A stretch of DNA of 64,000 nucleotides from Octopus bimaculoides (taxonomy: Eukaryota): assembly GCF_001194135.2 (NCBI RefSeq), contig NC_068981.1, positions 89,704,500 to 89,768,499 on the forward strand. The letters are read 5' to 3'. Of this stretch, positions 1-11,250 are shown in pieces. Under the pieces are notes generated by a model, which was not told the origin of the DNA, made no database searches, and saw only the letters and a list, made by a program, of their open reading frames with translations. The position numbers and the translations under genes were made by a program. Position 1 is the first letter of the stretch. Each line of letters opens with the position of its first letter.

Positions 1-480
1 CATTTTCTTCTTCTTTTAAATGTATGTATGTATATATATATATATATNNNNNNNNNNNNNNNNNNNNNNNNNNNNNNNNNNNNNNNNNNNNNNNNNNNNN
101 NNNNNNNNNNNNNNNNNNNNNNNNNNNNNNNNNNNNNNNNNNNNNNNNNNNNNNNNNNNNNNNNNNNNNNNNNNNNNNNNNNNNNNNNNNNNNNNNNNNN
201 NNNNNNNNNNNNNNNNNNNNNNNNNNNNNNNNNNNNNNNNNNNNNNNNNNNNNNNNNNNNNNNNNNNNNNNNNNNNNNNNNNNNNNNNNNNNNNNNNNNN
301 NNNNNNNNNNNNNNNNNNNNNNNNNNNNNNNNNNNNNNNNNNNNNNNNNNNNNNNNNNNNNNNNNNNNNNNNNNNNNNNNNNNNNNNNNNNNNNNNNNNN
401 NNNNNNNNNNNNNNNNNNNNNNNNNNNNNNNNNNNNNNNNNNNNNNNNNNNNNNNNNNNNNTATATATATATATATATAT

Positions 481-860
481 ATCAAATACCTGATGCACAA
501 AAGGGACACATGCAGGAAAAGCAGTAAAATGTGAAAACCGATGCAGACTTTCTGGAGTTAACACCGAAGATATCAACCAAAACAAAAGCAGTTGTCCAAA
601 AATGTCACCACGGTATTATTTACCGATGAGGCTTGGTGTAGCTAGGACACTGTATAACGAGATCTGCCGAAAGAGGAACCCCGAGGACAAAGAAATAACC
701 CACAGTATGGTAGAAGCCATAACCATAATAAAAGTAGTAATGGTAGAATGTCCCAGTGAAAACCACAATAAAATGTAAACACAATAGATCTGATATAACG
801 ATTTAGGATAGAGAAGAGAACCTGTGTACAGTTGTGGAAATCAGATATCTGCGTAAATAT
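481..860 (+). mobile_element. Degraded R4/Dong-like (RLE) non-LTR retrotransposon fragment, zinc-knuckle region
   Basis: Frameshifted translation IKYLMHKRD...KCENRCRLSGVNTEDINQNKSSCPKMSPRYYLPMR...ARTLYNEICRK aligns with the intact copy at 40491-41604 (QCNNRCRLCGISIEDITHIISSCPKMSSRYYLTMR). Confidence 0.75.
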
Positions 861-879
861 CGTTACCTGGAGTTACCTG

Positions 880-1810
880 GACTAATGTACTTAAGCAAAG
901 ACTAATAGGTGAAATACTTATCGCATCAGTGGAAGATTGTGCATGAGGACATATCACATAAACTAGAGACAGCCAACAGTATTGACAGGTATAGTCAACT
1001 GTCCTGGATCTGTGAGAGATACAACACCTCTCAACTAGGAGACTATGCCTTTGCCATCCAAAAACTGGAAAGAGCTACTAAGTACTTGATCAAGAAGGCA
1101 AATAATCATGCCTCTAAACTATGACATTTTGGTTTCAAAATTTGGCACAAGGCCAGCAAGTTTGGGGGAGGTGGCCAGTTGATTACATCGGCCCCAATAC
1201 TCAAATAGTATTTATTTTATCAAGTTCGAACGGTAAAGTTGACCTCCTCGGAATTTGAACTCAGAACGTAAGGACAGACAAAACGCCGTTAAGTACTTTG
1301 CTCGGCGTGCTAACGATTCTACTAGCTCACCACCTTTGGGCAAGTATCCCAAACAATTACATTTTAAGAGAAAATGTCAGTAATGCAATACCAGTTTGGA
1401 AGACATCAACCATTTTATCAGGAGTTGTACAAAAATAACCAGACAATGTTCTATGAAACGAGAAGCAAAAATTTACGGATGGTGATGGAGTTCAGCTGGC
1501 CGGCGATTGGATATGTCGAGTTTAAAATTGGTGAAGTGATGAGAAGTTTGCAGTTTTTATATCCATGATATAGATTTTCATTTACACCAATTATCACAGG
1601 CGCACAGGTTATGTAACAACAGATTTGTAGAAAAATGTGGAAATGTTGAAGTCCTCCTGGAAAGAGTAAAGCAAATTGATTTGCATCCTCCAGATATAAT
1701 CGATTCGTGATGCAGTGAAAATTTGTTAAATATTTTAGGGATTGTCCATTTGAAGTACCCGTATTGACTCAACATATGCACATAATCGAATACGGATGTA
1801 ACATACAAAC
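880..1810 (+). mobile_element. Older R4/Dong-like retrotransposon 3' fragment interrupted by a SINE
   Basis: SQLSWICERYNTSQLGDYAFAIQKLERATKYL (909-1120). After the SINE: CNTSLEDINHFIRSCTK and VMEFSWPA...MRSLQFLYP*YRFSFTPIITGA. All are homologous to the 40491-41604 ORF. Confidence 0.75.
1130..1336 (-). mobile_element. tRNA-derived SINE, family A, nested in an R4-like copy
   Basis: Shares the head gagctagtagaatcgttagcacgccg, the B-box-like gttcaaattcc and the core gtcaactttacc/gatgtaatc with about 10 other copies in the window. Confidence 0.85.
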
Positions 1811-2567
1811 ACAGTTACACACATACACGAGTGAAGTACAATTCTATATTACTATAATATGCATACCCACTAACTATGTCACATTTCCACAACACATCAG
1901 TGGTTGTCTGGATTTAAACAAAAAAAAATAGCCTTGCCACTTTGTTAGTGACTGGTCTGAAATCGAATAAAAGAATGAAACGTTTAAGTTGTTGGAACAA
2001 GAAACATTTGTCGGGAACCAAATGTTTGGAGAGATGTTTACAACAAAAACATTAGGTTTTACTATTCAAATCCCATCTGTAATGTGTCTCAATTTATTGC
2101 AAATGACTGCAAGCCTTCAAGGAATGTATACCTCAATGGACTTAAACTGGAAGTAGCAATAAGGATTTCACCCCCGCTTAAAAGAATTACTATTTTGGTA
2201 CTTAATTTTTCCTTGTTGAATGACACTTTCTTTTTAATAACCGAATCGATGTTGATATGCATAGGCTCATATAACGATATGCTACTGATACACTCATCGG
2301 TGCGGAATATCCATCAATGGGCTTAATGCTTGCTTGTATGGATTCTTCAGGAATTTGATGTTTGAGGCATTCAGTAATACGACTACCTTCGAACGAAAGC
2401 TTGATCAATTACCTGTAGAACTTGGACTCCCTGATAGATTTGTATCGTCAAATGAGACATTAGTTTGACCATATGAGTGTTTGAGATGAATATAGCGATG
2501 ATGAGTAACGTTAAAGTGATTGGCCTTTGGTTCATAGTCAGTGGTAAGATTAATGTGACTGAGAAGA

Positions 2568-2641
2568 ACTTGTTCAGATTCAGAGAACACACTTGTTCAG
2601 ATTCAGAGAACTCATTTGTTCAGATTCAGAGAACTCACTTG
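2568..2641. repeat. 23-bp minisatellite, about 3 copies
   Basis: (acttgttcagattcagagaac[a/t]c) x3, contiguous. Confidence 0.9.
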
Positions 2642-4855
2642 ATAAAGTCTGTTAATTGCAGTGCACTAATAGGACCCAGTCGCATGGAGCGATTTCCCCG
2701 AAACCTGATCAAATTGTTGAATAATGGGCATTATTGTTTTCCTTAAACTTCATAGTTTATAGTAAGTTTCCAGTAGGTTTTTCAACATCTAAATAAAATT
2801 GCAATTTTTTTTTTAGCTCTGACTAAAAAAAAGTATCGTAATGGAGTCACCCTAGAATGGCAGAAAAACTTTCAAGTATGTGGTATGAGAATCAGGAGCC
2901 ATGTTATGTTTGCAGGGTTTAAGTTACGTCATAATTGCACAGCAATGAGAGCCAACGAAGGGTATTAGTCAGGTTTTCCTTTTACTTTTGTAATGAAATA
3001 TGAAATTGAAAAGATTTTTCGATTCCTATTTCATTTCCATCCTATTTTTTGTAATAACTACTGCTTTGTCTTCAATTGATATTTATTGAAACATTGATGC
3101 AATTTTTTGTTCTGGGCAAGAAAGTTCTGGAAAAGAAAGTGACACTGAATTTGTAGTTCGTGAAGCAACAATTTCAAAAGGAAGAGGAATCTCATGTAAA
3201 ATAGGTGCGAGACGGTAGGAGAGAGTAGACATTAACTATTGAAGTTTTAAGCGCCATTAATATAGATGTACGTTTTTGGTATGAAAAAGTTGGATTTAGG
3301 AATGAAATTAGTTCCAAAAAAGAAAACAGCCTGGTACTGCACTAAATAAACAACTCTAGTAGAAGTTGAAATTCTTTAGCATTATTGATGTTGAATAGTA
3401 AGTGAAGAGTATTAATGTATCCGAGCCAGGCTGCACAGAAATATTTTCTCTTTTGTGTTTTAAGTAACAGATGGATATTTGGTGGAGAAGATAAATGCTG
3501 TTGTTTGGTATAAAGATGAGTCTCGTAGTAACTGAAATAAAATGAGCCAAGTTCTCATCGTATTTCTCTAAAGTTTTTGCCCAAAGCAATAGCAGCAATC
3601 GAGATAGACGTAAATTTTCTCGATATTTAATAATGATTTTGCTATCCATCACTCTTTGAAAAGTGCATATGGTATTACTTAAACTAAATAGTAACCTTGT
3701 AACTAGAATAAGCGTCCGCCAACTTAAATGCATATATATATTCTTACCGTCATGGAGGAAAGAAATCTGATAGTATGTTGCATTCAGATCCAATTTGCTA
3801 TAGAATATGTTGTAGAAAATAGAACACATGAGATTTTCATTATTAAAAAGTGGATAGCTAACTAGAAGGAATAAGTTACTGTTTGTGAAAAGTCGGTAAC
3901 AAGGAATCTTTTGCCACTGTTTCTTGTTACTTCCACTTGATTCCACAATGGAGAAACTGAAAGCTCAATAACATTATCAAAAAGCCGTTTAGATTCTGTT
4001 TCAATAAAGATTTCGTCAAATGGAGAAAAACAGAGAAATTTAATAGCAATTGATTTCAAATCATTGTTTAGCTGAGAAAAATACGGTGATGCAGTCGAAT
4101 AACAGTAACATTCAACAGACCTCCATTTGTAGGTCAGAGAGTTCCATTGCCTCTTGAGTGCTTGAGATAATACCAGGCTAAGTGAGACACAATCTGTTAT
4201 AAATATTGGAGGGAATATCATTTTTGTCATGTCTTGAAACCAAACTGGTACTAGGTGTACTTGTTTTTTGCTTTCCTTTTGATTACTTCGGTGAGGTCGA
4301 AAGGGAGGATTTGAAGTATGAGAAACCCAGGACACTCATTAGTTTATGCTTATAATCAGCATAAACAAAACTGAAATATTGATTCAGGATGCTAAACAGA
4401 CAAAGTTGCAGTTATCTGGGCGTACTCATTACCAATAACATCTCTATCAGTGCGAATCAGCTCTGAGCCTACTGTGTAACAGCAGAGTTTAGGAGGATAA
4501 AAATCTTACAATGAATAAACCAAATTGAATTATAATCAAGCTTACCTTCTCAGCATTCTACTCTATTACATGTCTCCTATAACATATTTCAGACGAGAAA
4601 CTGACAGATGTTATAGAGGGCGTATCATATTACAATGTTTACAGTCTTTGTTTTGCTAGGTTTTTGCTCTCAGATATTTTGAGAGTAGCACCCATATTGC
4701 AGAAAGGTTTGTCAATATAAAATTTGGTGTTAATTGTTTATTATTTTTTTTTTCATCGCAAATCAGGACCAGAAATTCTTGAAACTACAAACAAGCAGTA
4801 TTATTTTCGTTGCTGTGATATAAATATAACAAGTAAATGACGGAAATGAAATACT

Positions 4856-5045
4856 GGCTTCAAATTTTGGCACAAGGTCAGCAATATCGAGGGAGGGGCT
4901 CGTCGATTACATCGACTCCACTGTTCAACACTGGTACTTAACATATCGACCAAGAGAGGATGATAGGTAAAGTCGACCATGGTGGAATTTGTACTTAGAA
5001 AAATAAGGACGGACAAAATGCCGCTAAATATTTTGCCCAGCGTGA
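4856..5045 (-). mobile_element. SINE family A
   Basis: ggcttcaaattttggcacaagg...gtcgattacatcgac...gtaaagtcgacc...ggaatttg...ccgctaaata...ttttgcccagcgtg. Confidence 0.8.
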
Positions 5046-5520
5046 CTTTCCCATCAACATTGTTTTCTCAATCGTAGAGGAGCTGAATAGGGTAGTACGG
5101 GTTGAAAGGTTCACAACTTTCCGGTGACTCATGCAGCCACGTCCTACGTTGATATGCCGCCGATGTATGACAGGTAGAGCCATGGTATGGCAATACTGAT
5201 TTATTATTGATGTAAGAGCCCTTTAAAGAAAGGCTCACTACATTAAGAGAAAAAGGAAAGGACGGCAAAAGAGAGTCAACCTCGATAGAGAATAAGACGC
5301 AACCTCCTATCTATGTTCAGATATATATATTTACATAAGTGCATGAATATGTATGTATACACACACACACACACACATATGCATATACCTCGGGCNNNNN
5401 NNNNNNNNNNNNNNNNNNNNNNNNNNNNNNNNNNNNNNNNNNNNNNNNNNNNNNNNNNNNNNNNNNNNNNNNNNNNNNNNNNNNNNNNNNNNNNNNNNNN
5501 NATATACATATACATACATA

Positions 5521-5690
5521 TGAGAAAAGAAATGAAGCAACAATTAACAATTAGAAGTTGATCACTAGTATTAAAACGGTCATATTCTAATTGTAGCTAA
5601 AAAAATTTACACCTGTTTCACTTGGTTATTTTTTAACTAAATTTGCATCTATCTCGTTCCATTTAAGAAATATCGTGAGAATGATTTATT
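5521..5690 (-). mobile_element. Inverted, more diverged copy of part of the PLE pseudo-LTR, with a decayed hammerhead
   Basis: Reverse complement aligns to about 10750-10920 with roughly 15-20% divergence (by eye). Core reads CTCACGA...GAAACAGGTGTA. Confidence 0.75.
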
Positions 5691-5987
5691 TATCTTAAAT
5701 ATACGATGTACACCAGGAGCTATAATTCCCTTTAATATATTCACATTAAAGTTTGATCACTGACTAAAATACTAATTGATAGGGCTGCCACTAACATAAA
5801 CACGATTAAACGAGCGATTTAGCCTATTCTAGCTGGCTATATTGGTTTTAATTATATTAATGAGTAGATTGCCCGTGCCGCACATAACGACATTTTTATT
5901 TATTTATTTATTTATATCGTATATCGTACTTAAACTTTTAAGAGTATCCTTAACTTTTAACAGGGGCATTATTTGTAATCACAGGGC

Positions 5988-6631
5988 AGATTAATCTAAC
6001 TTTCGTGTCTGTTAAATTTTCTTTATGGTCCTTAATTGTTATGCGAGGTCTGGAGGGTGAGAAAGGTTCAGTTTTCTCTTCTATGTTGTAGTTGATTATA
6101 ATCTTCTTGGCGGATAAGTTCAAAGATCTTAGAGTGTTATTAGGCAATATTTTGTATTGTTTCATTATTTCTTTGTACAACAACCAGTGGTATCCAAATT
6201 ATATGAGTTCCTGGTTTTGTCGGAGTGTACAATATTTCCCTTTTGCGATTTCAGTTTGTGTAGTAGGTCCATTAAGCTTCTTTTGTATGTATTATTCCTT
6301 AGTGGGTGTCGTCAAAATTTTAGGTTCTTAATAGTATCCCAAAGTTCGTTCTCAAATGCGTCCAGGTAGCTGTTTGGTAGTAGTGTTTTTCGGTGAAGTC
6401 TTTGCTGTTGTTGTGATTGGTAGTCTCTGTTCGGCTATTTTTATCGTAGAACAAGGCTCTCCATCGTAAACAGTGGGTGAAGTCTGTTAATTTTGCAATC
6501 ACTTCTTTTAGATATACTTCTTTCGGTGGAATCGGTATAAGCTTTAATGATGCTTCTATTGTTATTTGTTCCATTTAACAATTAGATGCTTGGGTATTTT
6601 CCAGCTAATGCTGTTTAGCAAGAAATATATA
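5988..6631 (-). repeat. Inverted duplicate of the PLE 5' ORF region
   Basis: Reverse complement of about 7208-8021. The translated ORFs (6320-6574 vs 7266; 5950-6183 vs 7822) are identical wherever both are resolved. Confidence 0.9.
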
Positions 6632-6883
6632 TGGCGGTCTCGTTATTTATTGCAATTAACGACACCAGATATTACTACCAGGTATAACTCTTTCGACATC
6701 ACCGCCGGTCAACTAGTCATTTTCCCCACTTATTGCTCCATTCATCTAATTGGAGAAATATACACACACATGAAACCTTAAAGGACACAAAAATGTAAGC
6801 CTCAAGACTAACGAACTTTTTTCTGTTTTCGTTATTCCTTTTCTTTTCCTTTTTCTCCTGTCTCTATTCCGATGATAAACTCT

Positions 6884-6977
6884 AAATCATTCTGACGATG
6901 TTTGTTAAATGGAGCAAGAGATATGAAAATTTATTTCGAAAAAAAGAAAATCAAACTGAAACAGCTGTAAATGTTTT
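6884..6977 (+). ncRNA. Type I hammerhead ribozyme motif in the left pLTR
   Basis: AAATCATT-CTGACGA(6892-6898)-T-GTTTG...CAAAC-T-GAAA-CAGCTG-TA-AATGTTTT. Stem I is CATT/AATG and stem III is the palindrome ACAGCTGT. Predicted cleavage is after 6969. Confidence 0.65.
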
Positions 6978-7265
6978 TTAACTACAATTAAACTATGACC
7001 TTTCAGTACCAATGATCAACTTCTAATTGTTAATTGTTGCCCCATTTCTTTTCTTATCTGAATATATTAAACCACGTTCTACCATTTAAATAACATAACC
7101 AACTACTGTTAACCATATAGCAAGGCCTATACATAGTGCCTATGGATACATTTATCCCTTAGACGGTTGCATCACCTCTAACTCATAATTTTTCTCTAGA
7201 AATTTTCATATATATTTCTTGCTAAACAGCATTAGCTGGAAAATACCCAAGCATCTAATTGTTAA

Positions 7266-9014
7266 ATGGAACAAATAACAATAGAAGCATCATTAAAGCT
7301 TATACCGATTCCACCGAAAGAAGTATATCTAAAAGAAGTGATTGCAAAATTAACAGACTTCACCCACTGTTTACGATGGAGAGCCTTGTTCTACGATAAA
7401 AATAGCCGAACAGAGACTACCAATCACAACAACAGCAAAGACTTCACCGAAAAACACTACTACCAAACAGCTACCTGGACGCATTTGAGAACGAACTTTG
7501 GGATACTATTAANNNNNNNNNNNNNNNNNNNNNNNNNNNNNNNNNNNNNNNNNNNNNNNNNNNNNNNNNNNNNNNNNNNNNNNNNNNNNNNNNNNNNNNN
7601 NNNNNNNNNNNNNNNNNNNNNNNNNNNNNNNNNNNNNNNNNNNNNNNNNNNNNNNNNNNNNNNNNNNNNNNNNNNNNNNNNNNNNNNNNNNNNNNNNNNN
7701 NNNNNNNNNNNNNNNNATACAAAAGAAGCTTAATGGACCTACTACACAAACTGAAATCGCAAAAGGGAAATATTGTACACTCCGACAAAACCAGGAACTC
7801 ATATAATTTGGATACCACTGGTTGTTGTACAAAGAAATAATGAAACAATACAAAATATTGCCTAATAACACTCTAAGATCTTTGAACTTATCCGCCAAGA
7901 AGATTATAATCAACTACAACATAGAAGAGAAAACTGAACCTTTCTCACCCTCCAGACCTCGCATAACAATTAAGGACCATAAAGAAAATTTAACAGACAC
8001 GAAAGTTAGATTAATCTGCCCTAATAAATCCGTTCTATGTGAGCTAAGTAAATTTATCTTACTAGAATTATGGTCAAATACCCACGACGCCCTTAACTGG
8101 TTCTCCAATATAAGTTCCGACAAATAGACATCGAGAAGTACTACTCATCAATTAATAACCCTACGACTCTAAATAGGGCTCTGATTTTCTCTAAAAATCA
8201 TACCAAATTGGCAATGAATGAAATTAAGGTAATCATAGACGCTAGGAAGTCTATAATTAAATTCGATAACAAACTATGGGTAAGGAAGGACACCTCAAAT
8301 TATTTCCCCATCACCATGGGTGTCCCAGACTCAGCACAGGTACCTGATTTAGTGGGTATTTACCTATTATCTTATTTACACAAAGAATTCCCAGAGATTA
8401 GAGGAGGCCTTTACAAAGACGATGCGTGGGTATTTGACCATAATTCCTTAAAAACGCCTCCAATAGGAGGCTTGAACTACTAAAGAAAAAATTATATAAG
8501 GTCTTTAGACGGTTTGGATTAATTATCACGATAGAAAAAGAGGATAATTCTATTAACTATTTAGATGCCAATTGCAAGTTAACTACGGGATTACATGAAC
8601 TGTACATCAAACCTAATACCAACCTCAAATATATTAATGCGCATAGCAACCACCCAAACTTTATCAAAAGGGGGCTTGTACAGGGTATTAATAAAAGAAT
8701 TTCGTATCTCTCGTCCAAACGAAGATATCTTCAATAAGTATAAGGAACACTATAACATTCCATTGGAAAAAGCAGGTTATAAGCAAAAAATTATGTACCT
8801 TTACTTGAAGCCTAATAAAAATAACCCGAATAACATAAATATCTATAATTGTAATAGTAGTAATAATAGCCAAGATATCTATAATAATAATCACAAAAAG
8901 AATAACAATAACAATAATAGTAGTAACAATAAAAATGGTAGGAAGAATATTAAGATTCATAATAATATTAATGACAACAGTAGCTATGTTAACGATAATA
9001 ATACTAATAATGGT

Positions 9015-9076
<62 letters not shown>

Positions 9077-10050
9077 ACCTAAAAGAACCAATAAAATCCC
9101 TGTTAGTAATTATAATACCAAGGTAAATAAAATAAATAAATTGAATATGAACAACCCTACAAAAGCTGATAGCAATAATAATAGAAATAATAATAATAAT
9201 TATAACCATAAATTTACGATCTACAACAATGCTGAGGGCAGTTTTTACACCAAAAACAAAAATATTAAAATTAACAAGCGGAATAAGGATAACATCCTAA
9301 TAATCCCATTCGCGATGCAACTAAAAACAGATATAATTAAATCTATAATGAAACTCATAAATAAGCACTGCAATATGAATAGGAAATACTCAAAAATCTT
9401 TAGCAATAAAATTTGAGTAGGCCACCGCCTAACTAGCAACCTAGCCACTATTATAACCTCTTTCAAGAATAAAAAGCTAGACTCCTTCTATGGAACTAGG
9501 AAGAATAACAATAAAAAGCAGAACAACCAATCGATTGATATAATAAGTGATTCCCCCAAATAACTCGCCCTCTGAAAATTCGGACAACCACCTTTAAATA
9601 ATAATCCCCTCCACCATATCATAGGAACAGATAATCTTACTAATCTAAGTGGTTGCAGAGATAAAAGCACTTGTAAATTCTTGAATAAATGTAAAACTAA
9701 AAATGTAATCTTCCAATGAGATATATTCTCCAATAAGTACAAGAAAACCTATATAGGAGCAACTAAAACTGAAATGAAACTTAGATATAATTCCCATCCC
9801 TCAAATTTCAGAAAAAGAAATAAAGCTAACTCTACCGGATTAAGTAGTTACATCTGAGACCTTAAAGATAATAACATTAATTAGAGATTAGAATAGCGTA
9901 TCCTACACAAAAACATCTTCATATAACCTTAAAAATAAACGCATAAACGCTGTAATGAGAAATTCTTCACTTTAATGGTCAAATCAGAATTACTTAATAA
10001 ACGAGAATAGAAAAATTAACATGCTCATATAAAGATAAATTTTTATTGTC
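7266..10050 (+). pseudogene. Penelope-like element ORF (RT + C-terminal GIY-YIG endonuclease), decayed; resembles the Hydra clade
   Basis: N-terminal SLKLIPIP...LRWRALF. RT motifs FPITMGVPDSAQVPDLVGIYLL and GGLYKDD. Thumb IMRIATT/LEKAGY. Linker PFAMQLKTDI...LINKH. Endonuclease GCRDKSTCKFLNKCKTKNVIFQ*...KTYIGATK...RYNSH...NSTGLSSYI*DLKD and LLNKRE. Several stops and frameshifts. The clade call is an inference from motif style. Confidence 0.9.
8810..9240 (+). repeat. (AAT)n-rich low-complexity tract inside the PLE ORF (Asn-rich)
   Basis: Pure aat run at about 9018-9074 within an open frame (8595-9416). Confidence 0.9.
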
Positions 10051-10184
10051 TAAATAACACTAATATATACATTAGAGGTTATGAGCTGACCTACCTAACA
10101 TCTGATTACCTTCCCTTGACCCTCTCCGTACCACAGAGCATGATTTAGTATCGCATCACAGTTAAATTAAATTACCGGTATAAC

Positions 10185-11066
10185 TGAATTATTTATCTTA
10201 AATGTACGATGTACACCACGAGCTATAATTCCCTTTAATATATTCACATTAAAGTTAGATCACTGACTAGTATACTAATTGATAGGTGTTGCCACTAATA
10301 TAAACACGATTAAACGAGCAATTTAGCCTATTCTAGCCGACTATATTGGTTTTTAATTATATTAATGAGTAGATTGCCCGTGCCGCACATAACAACATTC
10401 TTATTTATTTATTTATATCGTATATCGCACTTAGACTTTTAAGAGCATCCTTAATTTTTAACAAGGGCATTATTTGTAATCACAGGGACTTATCTAGCGT
10501 TCTCAAAGAGCGCTATTTATTACAATTAACGACACCAGAGATTACTACCAGGTATAACTCTTTCGACTAACACTGTCGGTCAACTAGTCCTTTTCCCGAC
10601 TTATTGCTCCATTCATCTAATTGGAGAAATATGCACACACGAGAAACCTTAAAGGACACAAAAATGTAAGCCTCAAGACAACGAACTTTTTCCGTTTTCG
10701 TTATTCCTTTTCTTTTCTTTTTTCTCCTGTCTATATTCCGATGATAAACACTAAATCATTCTGACGATGTTTGTTAAATGGAACAAGAGACATGAAAATT
10801 TATTTCAAAAATAACAAACTGAAACAGCTGTAAATATTTGTTAACTACAATTAAACTATGACCTTTCAGTACCAATGATCAACTTCTAATTGTTAATTGT
10901 TGGTCTATTTCTTTTCTTATCTGAATATATTAAACCATGGTTTACTATTTAAATTACCAACTACTGTTAACCTTATAACAAGGCCTATACATAGTGAGGT
11001 AATACACCATTAGTGCCTACGGATACATTTATCCCTTAGACGGTTGCATCACCTCTAACTCATAAT

Positions 11067-11067
<1 letters not shown>
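10185..11067 (+). repeat. Right pseudo-LTR of the Penelope-like element
   Basis: Direct repeat of the left pLTR halves. It ends at catcacctctaactcataattt, followed by (TG)n. Confidence 0.85.
10752..10840 (+). ncRNA. Type I hammerhead ribozyme motif in the right pLTR
   Basis: TAAATCATT-CTGACGA(10761-10767)-T-GTTTGTTA...TAACAAAC-T-GAAA(10821-10824)-CAGCTG-TA-AATATTTG. Stem II is a perfect 8 bp and stem III is palindromic. Predicted cleavage is after 10832. Confidence 0.7.
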
Positions 11068-11121
<54 letters not shown>

Positions 11122-11122
11122 T

Positions 11123-11250
11123 AAGAGCAATTGGTAGAGTCGTTAAAGCATTAGGTAGAATTCATTGCGAAATTTGTTTAAGCTCTGCACTCTGAGGTCA
11201 ATACTTTCCTAATTGTACTTTGCCTTTCATCTTTTCGGATTGTTAAGGTG
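11123..11250 (+). mobile_element. Degraded SINE family A
   Basis: gagcaattggtagagtcgttaaagc...ctgaggtcaat...actttgcctttcatc. Confidence 0.55.

Larger units (their letters stand above)
5685..7190 (+). repeat. Left pseudo-LTR of a Penelope-like element, split by an inverted insertion
   Basis: 5685-5987 matches 10185-10487 and 6632-7190 matches about 10495-11067 as direct repeats with scattered substitutions. Confidence 0.85.

Noticed and set aside
2568-2641. CRISPR-like reading of the 23-bp repeat (and the 44-bp repeat at 44653)
   Set aside because: The repeats are contiguous with no unique spacers, and the context is eukaryotic.
3356-4335. Cys-loop / chemotactile receptor (PPIF..C, FSPFD)
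   Set aside because: The motif spacing is about 55 aa rather than about 6, and there is no Cys-loop or TM1-3 pattern.
5068-5268. Tc1-like HGSTCHTS...TWL motif
   Set aside because: Too short, with no TIR or other transposase motif nearby.
9717-9900. In-frame TGA codons in the PLE endonuclease as selenocysteine (as in Naiad PLEs)
   Set aside because: One TGA is at a conserved Trp position, TAG stops and frameshifts also occur, the domain order is C-terminal EN, and no SECIS was seen.
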